Below are positions 42,501-50,526 of a DNA stretch of 64,000 nt, piece after piece (the first letter of the stretch is position 1; every line of letters starts with the position of its first letter). The stretch spans positions 248 to 64,247 of the forward strand of contig JAZRQC010000037.1 in NCBI GenBank assembly GCA_045649565.1, read 5' to 3'. The stretch comes from Ructibacterium sp. GTDB taxonomy: Bacteria; Bacillota; Clostridia; Monoglobales; Monoglobaceae. A model generated the notes under the pieces. That model was not told the DNA's origin and made no database searches. It was given only the letters and a program-made list of their open reading frames with translations. The position numbers were made by a program, and so were the translations under genes.

Positions 42501-45286
42501 GTACCTGCCTCGGGGCCTTCCGGCTCGGGAAGCTGATCCTGCGTTCCGTAAACGGATGCATACTTGATCCAGCTGGAGCCCTTGGAGGAGTAAAGCTGAA
42601 TACCCATGCCTGCACCGCCGCCGGGACGGAAGCTGGTGGTAGAACAAACTAAAGTCCAGTCTTCCTCTGCCTGAGGTTTCGCATAAACATCATAACCCTG
42701 ATTTTCATTCATAGTAATCAGGTAATCATTCCAGTCACTTCCGGGCACATAATCTACCAGATTGGCAGCTCCCGCAAATCCACCTTGTCCGTCGCCCTGA
42801 CATACCCAGACTTTGCCGGTCTCAATCTGAACGTAAGTACGAAGTGTATTATTGTTAGGATGCTTCACCTGAATCACGACTGCATCACCGGCTCCCACCT
42901 TAACACCGGCTGTCATACCCTTGTAGGCAAGGGGGGTGTATCCGCTTGCGGGCAGATACTGGAACTGTTTACCTTCCCCAAGCATCATACCCTTTCCATC
43001 ATCAAAGAGGGAGTCTGCAGGAGAGGTTACGCCAGCCATCTGCTTATCAAAGTCGGTGGAGAACTGAAGATCTGTGATGATAACTGCATCGCTGCCCAAA
43101 ACATCTGCAATCTTACCCTGGGTTCCATCATATGCCTCACCACTGGGGGTGGAGGGAGTGTTTCCGCCACCGCCGCTCTGTGCCACATTGGAGGGAGCCG
43201 CGATTGCCGCATAAGGAATTACTGCATTGGTTGCGGTAAAGTTAAAACCGCCGTTGTATCCACTGTTTCTCCAAGTGGTTGCGGTATAGAGCTTGGTCCA
43301 CTCGGACACATTGCCGCCCTTAGCGTAAATAACCTGATCACGGTTGTCCTTGTAGAACATATATTCTACATAGCCGGTACCGGGTTTGAAGTCCTCCTTA
43401 TGAACGGTAACACCACTTGCACCATGTATCGCAACACTTTCGCTTTCAATTTGGAGGTAAGCACGCCAATGGTCTGCTTCCGGCCAGTATGCCTGCATGA
43501 TAACATTGCCGCCCTCGTTTACCTTTGCTTTGAAGTAGATAACACTACCATGAGAGAAGGGACACCACTTGGTGGAAGGATTGTACTTCCAGTTACCCTG
43601 CTCTGCACCAAAGGTCATACCTGCTTCCTTATAAGTAAGGTTGGTTGCGATTTCCACGCCGGCAGGTTGCTCGTAGGAGGTGCCTGCACCAACAAAGTCA
43701 AAAGCCAGACCCTCTGCAGGGAGGATAGACGCCTTGCCCAGTGCTGCACCTGCTGCATCAAACTCTTCCGCAGTAGGAGTGGTGCCACTGCCTTCGCTAC
43801 CTGTGTTGTCACCACCGGGGGTGTCACCACCTGTTCCACCGCCGCCTGCGGGAGCATCTGCACCTACCCAGGAAACGGCATAGCTGACATAGGCATTTTT
43901 TGCAGTTACATAGAATCCCGTAGATCCCCATGCACCACCGCCTGAACGATAGGATGTGGTTGCCGCTACCTTTGTGAAGTTGGCATCAGTAGCTTTCTTC
44001 ATATAGACAACATAGCCATCCGGACTATTGGGGGTAACCATCACATCAACCCAGTCAGTGCCGGGCACGAAGTCAACCAACTTGGTTACTACACCACTAG
44101 AAGCCCCATCAGCTCCACCATCGAAAATGGTAACGCCGGAGGTGGTGATATCCATAAAGATTCTCATGTTATTCCAAATCTTCGGAGACTGCTGATTCAG
44201 GGTTCCACCCTCCTTCAGCTTGAAACCAAAGGTATAGTTATTGGAAATACAGAGGGGCGACCAACCATTGTGCTTACAGGTGGGTCTATACTTCAGAATT
44301 GCATCGGTTGCGGGGAAAGTCGCACCCATCTTGCTATCGTAGGTGATGCCGGTTCCTGTGTTCATGCCATCCTGGGTAGAATCAAAGGTACCGGTGAATT
44401 CCAGATTCATAGCCGCCCAGTCACTGGAAGATGTTGCCGGGTCTGCATAAGCCGCGCCCAAAACACTACCAATAGCACTGCGCAATTCGGCGGTAACACC
44501 AGGAGCGTTCGTTTCGGTTTCACCACCGGGGGTGTCGCCGCCGGACTCACCGCCGCCGGAGCCGGAGGTATCCTGCTTGGTTGCAGAAGGTTCTACCACC
44601 GCGCAGTAGTTTACAGTACCGGAACCGGAGAAATTAACACCCACGTTATTGCTGGAATCTAACCACTTATCAATACCGGTCGTTGCGATCTTGGTCCAGT
44701 TGGTCAGGCTTCCACCCTTGACAAACCAGTTCTGTGCGCCGTTGCTGTAGGACGCACTCACACTGGGGTCTCTTTGGAGGATAATCTCAATCCATCCGGT
44801 ACCGGGTGTGATTTCTGCCAGGTTGGTCATAGTACCATCCTTGTCATGGAAGGTAATCGCATCCTTGGTCAGCTTGAACACTGCCTTTGCATGGGTTGCG
44901 GCACACAGGTAAATGGAACCGGTAAGGGTTCCTTCCTCTGCCGCCTTTACCTTCATATAAACATAGGAACCGAAGTTAAAAACTGTCCATCTGGCAGCAC
45001 CGGAATATCTCCAGTCGCCCTCGTTCAGCACCAATCCGTCCGCAGTATATTCTGCATCCACCATACTGGTGGCAGTTACAGAAAGATTTGCGCCGGAATT
45101 GGCAAAATCAAGAACACCGCCGGCATTAGCCAATGCATTTGCAGTAGGTGTAATGCTTGCCGCTCCTAAAAACTCACCGGCTGCATCCATTTCTGCCGCA
45201 GTCGGCGCTGCCAATGTCGCAACGGGAAGACAGGTGATTACCATCATCACGCACAACAAGGCTGCTAAAATTCTTGTCTTCTTCAT
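39575..45286 (-). CDS. A1: giant secreted protein with six ConA/LamG-like modules, Ig-like and helical regions, a Gly-rich linker and three C-terminal SLH domains
   Basis: 1903-aa ORF with RBS AAGGAGTG and signal peptide MKKTRILAALLCVMMVITCLPVATLAA. Modules of ~200 aa recur, each with an F/Y-x-PGT/S-G/D-W motif. The SLH repeats include DVDWAKDSIKALRNMGVISGNGDGTFAPNREVTREEF. Confidence 0.85.
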   Translation of the reverse strand: MKKTRILAALLCVMMVITCLPVATLAAPTAAEMDAAGEFLGAASITPTANALANAGGVLDFANSGANLSVTATSMVDAEYTADGLVLNEGDWRYSGAARWTVFNFGSYVYMKVKAAEEGTLTGSIYLCAATHAKAVFKLTKDAITFHDKDGTMTNLAEITPGTGWIEIILQRDPSVSASYSNGAQNWFVKGGSLTNWTKIATTGIDKWLDSSNNVGVNFSGSGTVNYCAVVEPSATKQDTSGSGGGESGGDTPGGETETNAPGVTAELRSAIGSVLGAAYADPATSSSDWAAMNLEFTGTFDSTQDGMNTGTGITYDSKMGATFPATDAILKYRPTCKHNGWSPLCISNNYTFGFKLKEGGTLNQQSPKIWNNMRIFMDITTSGVTIFDGGADGASSGVVTKLVDFVPGTDWVDVMVTPNSPDGYVVYMKKATDANFTKVAATTSYRSGGGAWGSTGFYVTAKNAYVSYAVSWVGADAPAGGGGTGGDTPGGDNTGSEGSGTTPTAEEFDAAGAALGKASILPAEGLAFDFVGAGTSYEQPAGVEIATNLTYKEAGMTFGAEQGNWKYNPSTKWCPFSHGSVIYFKAKVNEGGNVIMQAYWPEADHWRAYLQIESESVAIHGASGVTVHKEDFKPGTGYVEYMFYKDNRDQVIYAKGGNVSEWTKLYTATTWRNSGYNGGFNFTATNAVIPYAAIAAPSNVAQSGGGGNTPSTPSGEAYDGTQGKIADVLGSDAVIITDLQFSTDFDKQMAGVTSPADSLFDDGKGMMLGEGKQFQYLPASGYTPLAYKGMTAGVKVGAGDAVVIQVKHPNNNTLRTYVQIETGKVWVCQGDGQGGFAGAANLVDYVPGSDWNDYLITMNENQGYDVYAKPQAEEDWTLVCSTTSFRPGGGAGMGIQLYSSKGSSWIKYASVYGTQDQLPEPEGPEAGTKMTIEDIIGGIAVAKEELVFDANFNGIEANAQLKNVQSGEVAEEQPTVGANGLELVQTAGKYFAWNSGTENSWKPLTKENPVMFRAKLDAGSMLDVQLNANPRASIYLYPEKLIVQGTSQTQAKDFAPGTGWVNYLVTRDSSNFMVWTKLDGETEWTLRVTSNGFRTAGFYGVLFANTTANKVTLSEVKQYKIERMVLTDPNAIATMTNRVYIDEDFSEDTGIHNMITGKIEDGVFKRDPDAEPHTSYPNSSRLDVDLSQVNPKGQWFVRFKYRIPTAESVMSCDMVNNGNKIAIDCHDDSVFIINRTAGVGKSDTLAAAGVGNWAELLFSWTDNAYVDVYWHKVGDDEWIKTHTKFVPGSEANDKLAFHCSLAGEVDDVKVYSGDYLRVDEPVLESGLVKTSGEYFTGTLESRYDRRATLITAVYDETYGYTKFVKAKDYEVLSGRGANLTNTFVTENVDETKDTAAVMLWDTLETGIPLGDMAGVALKNNATGAPKKDAQVGVKAEANYNDVRVTGYTGIRNGRVTISVVDEGGNLRAVGQTTSSGTGLVDVSVAVDPSCPSGTYTVRVQYGSAEAVTTDIELFCDDIPYNTITDVNSMSSFIDSYGSETAKKWNEEETFASDVYARFLDAKGSATTFATLYDFRDVMDVATNGEVHERQFCLDVNTAAKNGKWSDVQDLVMDGTLGVTVESMAGISDKKALFMRMTGGYSSEADVLAAFQSALAAQKTAESNTGAGFGGAAGGGAAGGGSVGSGIFQGTTGFENTGGGGAAGGGSFGGQAPVTLPEDFSDLGDVDWAKDSIKALRNMGVISGNGDGTFAPNREVTREEFLKMALQAAGIKGNGNVDMAFTDVDANAWYYPYIAIAYEAGIVNGMSETTFGIGEKITRADMAVMLKRIMDYKNIGIEKKVAAYVFDDFDTIPDYARASVTALAQAQLMNGKGDNNFEGNASATRAESAVAIYRIYNYMVEGR
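39578..40150 (-). other. three tandem SLH domains (A1 C-terminus)
   Basis: Three repeats fit the SLH consensus (F-x-D-V ... W ... G-x-x-x-G ... F-x-P ... T-R-x-E). Confidence 0.85.
41339..45205 (-). repeat. array of six divergent ~200-aa beta-sandwich-like modules in A1 separated by G/P/T/E-rich linkers
   Basis: By-eye module limits are aa 28-235, 263-476, 505-699, 718-915, 931-1122 and 1135-1316. Linkers include SGSGGGESGGDTPGGETETN and PAGGGGTGGDTPGGDNTGSEGSG. Confidence 0.7.
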
Positions 45287-45483
45287 AAAGATTCACTCCT
45301 TTGATGAATTTATAATGTATGTTTAATTATATTTACTAAGTAATATAGTATCAGACACCCTCATTTGAAACAAGGTCCTAATCTTGCATTTTTCGGTTTT
45401 TCCCTGATACAAAAGACATTTCAGGTGAATTTAAATCTTTTCTGTTATTTCATACCGAGACAACACACCTATTTTGCAACAAT

Positions 45484-45512
45484 ATTTTAACATAATCAAC
45501 AAAAAGGGTCAA
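45484..45512 (-). promoter_or_regulatory. predicted promoter of cassette 1
   Basis: On the minus strand: TTGACC, 17-nt spacer, then extended -10 TGtTAAAAT. This implies a 5-prime UTR of roughly 190 nt. Confidence 0.4.
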
Positions 45513-45769
45513 CTACTGATTGTGCTTTTTTATAAACATATTATGCTTTTTTAGGAAAGTTCTGCTCACCCTTCCATAAATATAGCCCACAGGACGTTTT
45601 TTTCATTCTCTCTCCTTATAAAATATTCACAATCTGCAAAAAGAAAAAATAACCCATTATCATCACGATTCTAACACAAACATATTTAAATGTCAACTCA
45701 ATTGAGGTAATGTTTTTAACTCAAAAGCGGTAGACTAAGAGTAACAAAACTCTTTGGAGGTAGGATCTC

Positions 45770-46012
45770 ATGAATATTGGAGATGCGGTTCGGCTTCGGA
45801 TTTTGGATTTATGCAAAACACAAGGCATTACCGTTAATAAACTGGCTACACGAAGCGGTGTGACCCAATCCACCTTGAACAATATTACCGGCGGACGAAA
45901 CAACAGCGCCACCATTTCCACCATTAAGAAATTGTGTGACGGCTTGGAGATTAGCATTTTGGAGTTCTTCTCCTCCCCCTTATTTGAGCATTTGGAGCAG
46001 GAAATTAAATAA
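45770..46012 (+). CDS. XRE (Cro/CI) family helix-turn-helix transcriptional regulator
   Basis: 80 aa with a GGAGG RBS. The HTH is ITVNKLATRSGVTQSTLNNITGGRN. It is divergent from A1. Confidence 0.85.
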   Translation: MNIGDAVRLRILDLCKTQGITVNKLATRSGVTQSTLNNITGGRNNSATISTIKKLCDGLEISILEFFSSPLFEHLEQEIK

Positions 46013-46049
46013 AAAGAATCCCAATCAAAAAGATTGGGATTCTTTTTTT
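46011..46049. terminator. bidirectional intrinsic terminator (XRE gene / cassette 2)
   Basis: 13-bp stem aagaatcccaatc / gattgggattctt, loop aaaaa, with T- and A-runs on both sides. The T-run overlaps the C2 stop codon. Confidence 0.85.
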
Positions 46050-49000
46050 ATAGTTCTGTGGAGAAATAATCCAAAGCGAATCGGATACTTGCTCTTTGCA
46101 CCTTACTCCAACCCTCATAGGGGCTGATGATTTTGGTACCCAACTCCTCTTCTGCGAAGAGGCCGTAGGCTTTTGCAAAAGCATCCATATCCACGAAGTA
46201 TCTTCCATCCTTGATGGTGATATACTCTGCATGGAAGGTGGTTTCGTCATCCATTACCTTGAAGATCAGGTTACTCTCATCATCCACACCCATGGAAGCC
46301 CCCACATAAGACGCCGCAACATCTGCCGCCAGATAGTTGTCAAAGGCAACCCCCTCTACTCTGCGGTTGTGCAGAAGTGCATTACCTCCTGCCGAATACA
46401 CTGCCAAGGTTCTTTCCGCCTGATCCGTGGACACAGCACGGGTGTTTTCCGCTTGTTCCGGATACTTCAAATGAATCTGTTCGAACCGATTGGTTCCCAC
46501 CTGAGCATCCTTGGGCACGGTAATGATTCTTCCACCGGGTAAGGAACCGCTGAAATCATCCGTTGAGAACGCCTCTGCAACCAACAGATTTTCCGTGATG
46601 TTCAGGTTCAGGTTCATCATACATCCCGAAACATTCACATGATTGTTCTCGTACAAGGTGCCTAAAATCTGCCAAGTCTGCATGCTGTCCGAACTCTTTG
46701 CTAAGGTCCAACGGGTTCTGGGGAACTGACCTTTGCCGCTTAAGTTATCGTTATCATAACCGAATACTGCATAAACCGTCTGCGGATCATAGGGATCTAC
46801 CTCGATGTTGTAGCAATTCTCAGTAGACAAGAACGGAGTGGTGTAAATATGCTCTGTATCAAAAGTCTTTCCTCGGTCATAGGACTTGATATAGCCAATA
46901 TAACCCAATGACGTTCTACCAAAAAGGTAGACACTGCCATCTGCCAGCTCCAGAGGAACAACCTCACAAAAGACGCTTCCGGCAGGCTCATTGTTTCCGC
47001 TGCCGATTTCGGTGCTTTTGATTACCGTTTCACTTTCATTCCAAGTCCGACCATTGTCGTCACTGTAGAATACCTTGAGCCAATGTACCCACTCGGTAGC
47101 CACCTCGGTCTCGCAGGCAGCATAGATTCTGCCTGAGGGACCTTGCTTCACACGATTCTGCATAGATGCGTGGTTCAAGCCGATATGATCTTCTTCCGAA
47201 ACCTTATCGTTACCGGCTCTTTCGTAGGTCTTACCCTGATCTTTGGAGATATAGGGGATAAAGTTCCGATAGGATCTTCCGTCGTCGCCAATATACTGCA
47301 CCTCGGATTTGAGGGCAAGCACTTCCCCATTTTGCAAGGTGATTACATCATCACTCATAGGAGTAATCTCTGTGGCTTTCTGGAAGCTCCGACCGCCGTC
47401 GATGGTTTTCCATGCCGCACCGCCATTGGTCAGGACAAAGGAATCGTTGCCTAAGTCTATCATATCCATGGTCACGTTATCACACCATACGTCACGAGTA
47501 TCTACCACCACCTTGGCGTCACCACGGAGGGAAAGATTATCCACATAAGCAGTTCCGTTGGTTAGAACAACCCCCGCTCTGCCTCGGTGATTACTGGAAT
47601 CGGTCTTGGAAAGAACCTCTGTTCCGTTCAGGAAGAGTGTTACCTTTTTGCCGGCATCCTCCTGCTGAACCTCCACCGACAGTTTCACAAACTCACCCAC
47701 GGGGAATTCTCCTGCTTGGGTAGCTGTTGTGGTCTTACCTTTGTCGTAGTCAATAATTTCAAACTCACCTGTTCTGAAATTGTAACCTGCCTTGGAGTAA
47801 TAATGATACACCGGATGGTTCAACGCAAACCAGAAGCCATCGGTTCCTTCGATAACCTTTACATCGGCACTTAAGGAAAACTCTCCCAAGGATGCCGTTA
47901 TGTCAGCAATGGCATCTTCCTGATTGGTAGCACTGAGCATCAGGTACTGAAGATCAGGGTCAATGGTCATGGACATATTATCCTGCAAACGCCACTGTGT
48001 TGCAGATGCAAATTCCGTGTCACCGCTAAAATCATCCTCATAGAAGTATACGTCCTTGTTGTCACCAACACAGAGGAACTCAAAACCGTTACCCTCTGTC
48101 ACTTCTACCGCCAAGGTTCCGTCACCTACGGTGGGAACACTACGGAAACTGAACACCCATCTGCCGTTGGCATAAAGACGGGTCATGCCCACCGCCGTCT
48201 CGGCACGGAGGTATACTTTTCCATCTTCATTTGCCCAATCGCCAAGATTTCCTGCTTCTTTGCGGAAGGGATCGGTAAACTCGATTTTGGTAGTCCATAC
48301 ATAGACCTTTCCGTCCTCTATCTGTAAATCGGTGCGGTAATACTCATCATTGAGCACCAAACGCCCATTGTCATTTACATCCAGAACCACATCCACCACA
48401 TGGTAGTTGGGTAAATCTCCCAAATCGTATACCGCCCTGGCTGTTACGTTGTTCATGGCAAAATAGTTTGCCCGATCAGGAGATGCCACAATGTTTTCTT
48501 TGGAGATGGTCAAGCCGTTGCCAGCGAAGGATTTTGCAATCTCCTTGGTCATAGGCATAACATAAGAGAACACCATCTGTCCGTTTCGATACACTTCAGC
48601 AAAGGCGCCATCGGTAACCACAAGGAAGTTACCGAGACCCTTATCATAAGTCATCTCTCCTGTATCGGTCAGGTAGGTAACCCCCTCTTTGGTGTGGGTC
48701 ATCTTCAGTTGATGTCTGCCATTGGAGAAGTTCACTTCTGCCGTTCCGAATTCTCCGTCCACACTATAACGAACCTCGTTGGCAAAGTTTTCGGACGCCT
48801 GTGTCTGAACCTGCTTACTTTCAAATTTCTTAGCACTCTCATAAACCACAATACCTGCTTTGTCATAGCAGATTGCCTCTAAGGTGTGTTGCATGGGAGA
48901 CAGAGCCGAAAGACTCATTTCGTAATAGGGTGCCGCCTCACTGGTGGCAACCACCTGTCCATCCAGACGGTACTCTACCTTGGAAACCTGAGCCCCCTTA

Positions 49001-50523
49001 TCAAAGAACTCCAGATTCGCAAAGAAGTTACCGTAATCATCCTGACTGGTTTGTACCTCTGCCAAAACACCGGGGATTACTTTGAAAATACGAGCTTCTG
49101 ATTTATGATTTTCCCCATACTCTGCAGTGATTTCATAAGTTCCTGCCGGAAGACCCGGGATTTCCGCCTGATAATCAGGAGCCTTACCGGCGGCGATTAC
49201 CTTGCCGTTGATTTTATAATCCACCGAGGGAATTTCTCCCTGCTTTTCTTCGTCCACCTGAGCCGCCAGCCGAATCTTCTCATCTTCTAAGAACTCTGCC
49301 CCTGCCATGGGTTTTTGGAGTTTAATATCCTGATGTTCCAGCTCCACCTTGAACCAATCTACACTCAATCCGGAGAACATACCTAAGTTACCATAGGTAA
49401 AGAGATAAAGTTCGCCTTTGGTATAGGGGCCGTCGTTTGCTCCTGCTTCCTCTACACCGGTAATGGGCTTTCCGTCAATGAACAGCTGGTTCTTGGCTCC
49501 ACCATCCGTCACCTGAAGCTTAAACTCATACCATTTTCCCTTCTCGAATTTGAAAAGTTCGCTTCGTTTCTGTCCGTGAGGGGTATGGAACTCAATATAA
49601 TTTGTATACATATAGGCACGAAATGCACCGTTGGGCCAAGAAACAATGATACCCTGTTGCTCACCGAATTCCTCAATCCGATACCGTGCGGTCAGCGTAA
49701 AGTTCTGACCACGCTCCAATTCAAAAGGAACATATGCGGAGCGTTGCTGAAGATCCAGTTTGTTCATGCCGTATACCATGCCGTCCTTGATTTCCCATGT
49801 TTCACGAAGGGTCCAGTCTTTGTATTCCTCCAGATCTTCAAAACCCATATAGGTGTCTCCGTTGGGCAGGGTTCCGGCAAGCGCTTTTTCTTCTTCTACC
49901 TCCACCTTTTCTGTCCCTTCTGCTTTTGGCATTCCGTTGTACTTGTTAAACACCAGATTGCTGAACGAAACCGAAGATGTTCCTGCATCGGTACCATAGG
50001 CAACCAACTCGATTCTGCCGGGAGACTGGGTATTCTTTTCTGCAGAAACGTGTCCTGCATAGTATCCGTCGATGTAGAGGATACCCTCATATTTGCCGTC
50101 GGTAATCAACCGATAGTGATGCTTTTCGTATCCGATATCATAGGTGATTCTTTTGGATTCGAAGTTGGTTGAAGCCGAATATCCACGATACCAGATGTTA
50201 TCCAGATTGAAATGGATATAGAACCGATATGCACCGGTATAGATTTCTATGTGTTGTTCCCCGTTATGCTTAATGATTTGTGCATCAAACTCCATATCAA
50301 TCTTTCCGCCATTGACCTCGGGGATATTATTACGATAAGCATGGCCAAAGGTTTCCCCCGGCGCAGATGTTAAGATAAGGGTATCTCCCTTAGAGGTGAC
50401 ATCACCACTCTTGGTAAAACTATCGTGCCAAGACATACTTGCCGCCGATACCGTTGCTCCAAAGGAGGCAAACAAGGTAAGGGTGATACAAATTACTGTA
50501 AAAACAGAAATAAATTTTTTCAT
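46048..50523 (-). CDS. C2: paralogue of C1 with the same domain order
   Basis: 1491 aa with signal peptide MKKFISVFTVICITLTLFASFGATVSA. The Asp-boxes are KTIDGGRSF, SKDQGKTYE, SDDNGRTWN, SYDRGKTFD and SSDSMQTWQ. It is collinear with C1 by eye. Confidence 0.85.
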   Translation of the reverse strand: MKKFISVFTVICITLTLFASFGATVSAASMSWHDSFTKSGDVTSKGDTLILTSAPGETFGHAYRNNIPEVNGGKIDMEFDAQIIKHNGEQHIEIYTGAYRFYIHFNLDNIWYRGYSASTNFESKRITYDIGYEKHHYRLITDGKYEGILYIDGYYAGHVSAEKNTQSPGRIELVAYGTDAGTSSVSFSNLVFNKYNGMPKAEGTEKVEVEEEKALAGTLPNGDTYMGFEDLEEYKDWTLRETWEIKDGMVYGMNKLDLQQRSAYVPFELERGQNFTLTARYRIEEFGEQQGIIVSWPNGAFRAYMYTNYIEFHTPHGQKRSELFKFEKGKWYEFKLQVTDGGAKNQLFIDGKPITGVEEAGANDGPYTKGELYLFTYGNLGMFSGLSVDWFKVELEHQDIKLQKPMAGAEFLEDEKIRLAAQVDEEKQGEIPSVDYKINGKVIAAGKAPDYQAEIPGLPAGTYEITAEYGENHKSEARIFKVIPGVLAEVQTSQDDYGNFFANLEFFDKGAQVSKVEYRLDGQVVATSEAAPYYEMSLSALSPMQHTLEAICYDKAGIVVYESAKKFESKQVQTQASENFANEVRYSVDGEFGTAEVNFSNGRHQLKMTHTKEGVTYLTDTGEMTYDKGLGNFLVVTDGAFAEVYRNGQMVFSYVMPMTKEIAKSFAGNGLTISKENIVASPDRANYFAMNNVTARAVYDLGDLPNYHVVDVVLDVNDNGRLVLNDEYYRTDLQIEDGKVYVWTTKIEFTDPFRKEAGNLGDWANEDGKVYLRAETAVGMTRLYANGRWVFSFRSVPTVGDGTLAVEVTEGNGFEFLCVGDNKDVYFYEDDFSGDTEFASATQWRLQDNMSMTIDPDLQYLMLSATNQEDAIADITASLGEFSLSADVKVIEGTDGFWFALNHPVYHYYSKAGYNFRTGEFEIIDYDKGKTTTATQAGEFPVGEFVKLSVEVQQEDAGKKVTLFLNGTEVLSKTDSSNHRGRAGVVLTNGTAYVDNLSLRGDAKVVVDTRDVWCDNVTMDMIDLGNDSFVLTNGGAAWKTIDGGRSFQKATEITPMSDDVITLQNGEVLALKSEVQYIGDDGRSYRNFIPYISKDQGKTYERAGNDKVSEEDHIGLNHASMQNRVKQGPSGRIYAACETEVATEWVHWLKVFYSDDNGRTWNESETVIKSTEIGSGNNEPAGSVFCEVVPLELADGSVYLFGRTSLGYIGYIKSYDRGKTFDTEHIYTTPFLSTENCYNIEVDPYDPQTVYAVFGYDNDNLSGKGQFPRTRWTLAKSSDSMQTWQILGTLYENNHVNVSGCMMNLNLNITENLLVAEAFSTDDFSGSLPGGRIITVPKDAQVGTNRFEQIHLKYPEQAENTRAVSTDQAERTLAVYSAGGNALLHNRRVEGVAFDNYLAADVAASYVGASMGVDDESNLIFKVMDDETTFHAEYITIKDGRYFVDMDAFAKAYGLFAEEELGTKIISPYEGWSKVQRASIRFALDYFSTEL

Positions 50524-50526
50524 TGT

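Noticed and set aside
40523-42652. 709-aa plus-strand ORF, and similar long plus-strand ORFs at 33261-34709, 35712-36575, 37527-38387, 42785-43945, 53973-54986 and 56715-57353
   Set aside because: All lie entirely antisense to the giant minus-strand genes, which have signal peptides, RBSs, recognisable domains and paralogue support. The antisense translations are C/H/I/T/G-rich with no motifs, no RBS and no paralogue conservation beyond what the sense strand forces. They are shadow ORFs.
45541-45606. 21-codon minus-strand micro-ORF MKKTSCGLYLWKGEQNFPKKA with an AAGGAG RBS, upstream of A1
   Set aside because: It lies upstream of the best A1 promoter, is very short, and shares only MKKT with the A signal peptides. 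There is no way to support it without conservation or Ribo-seq data.
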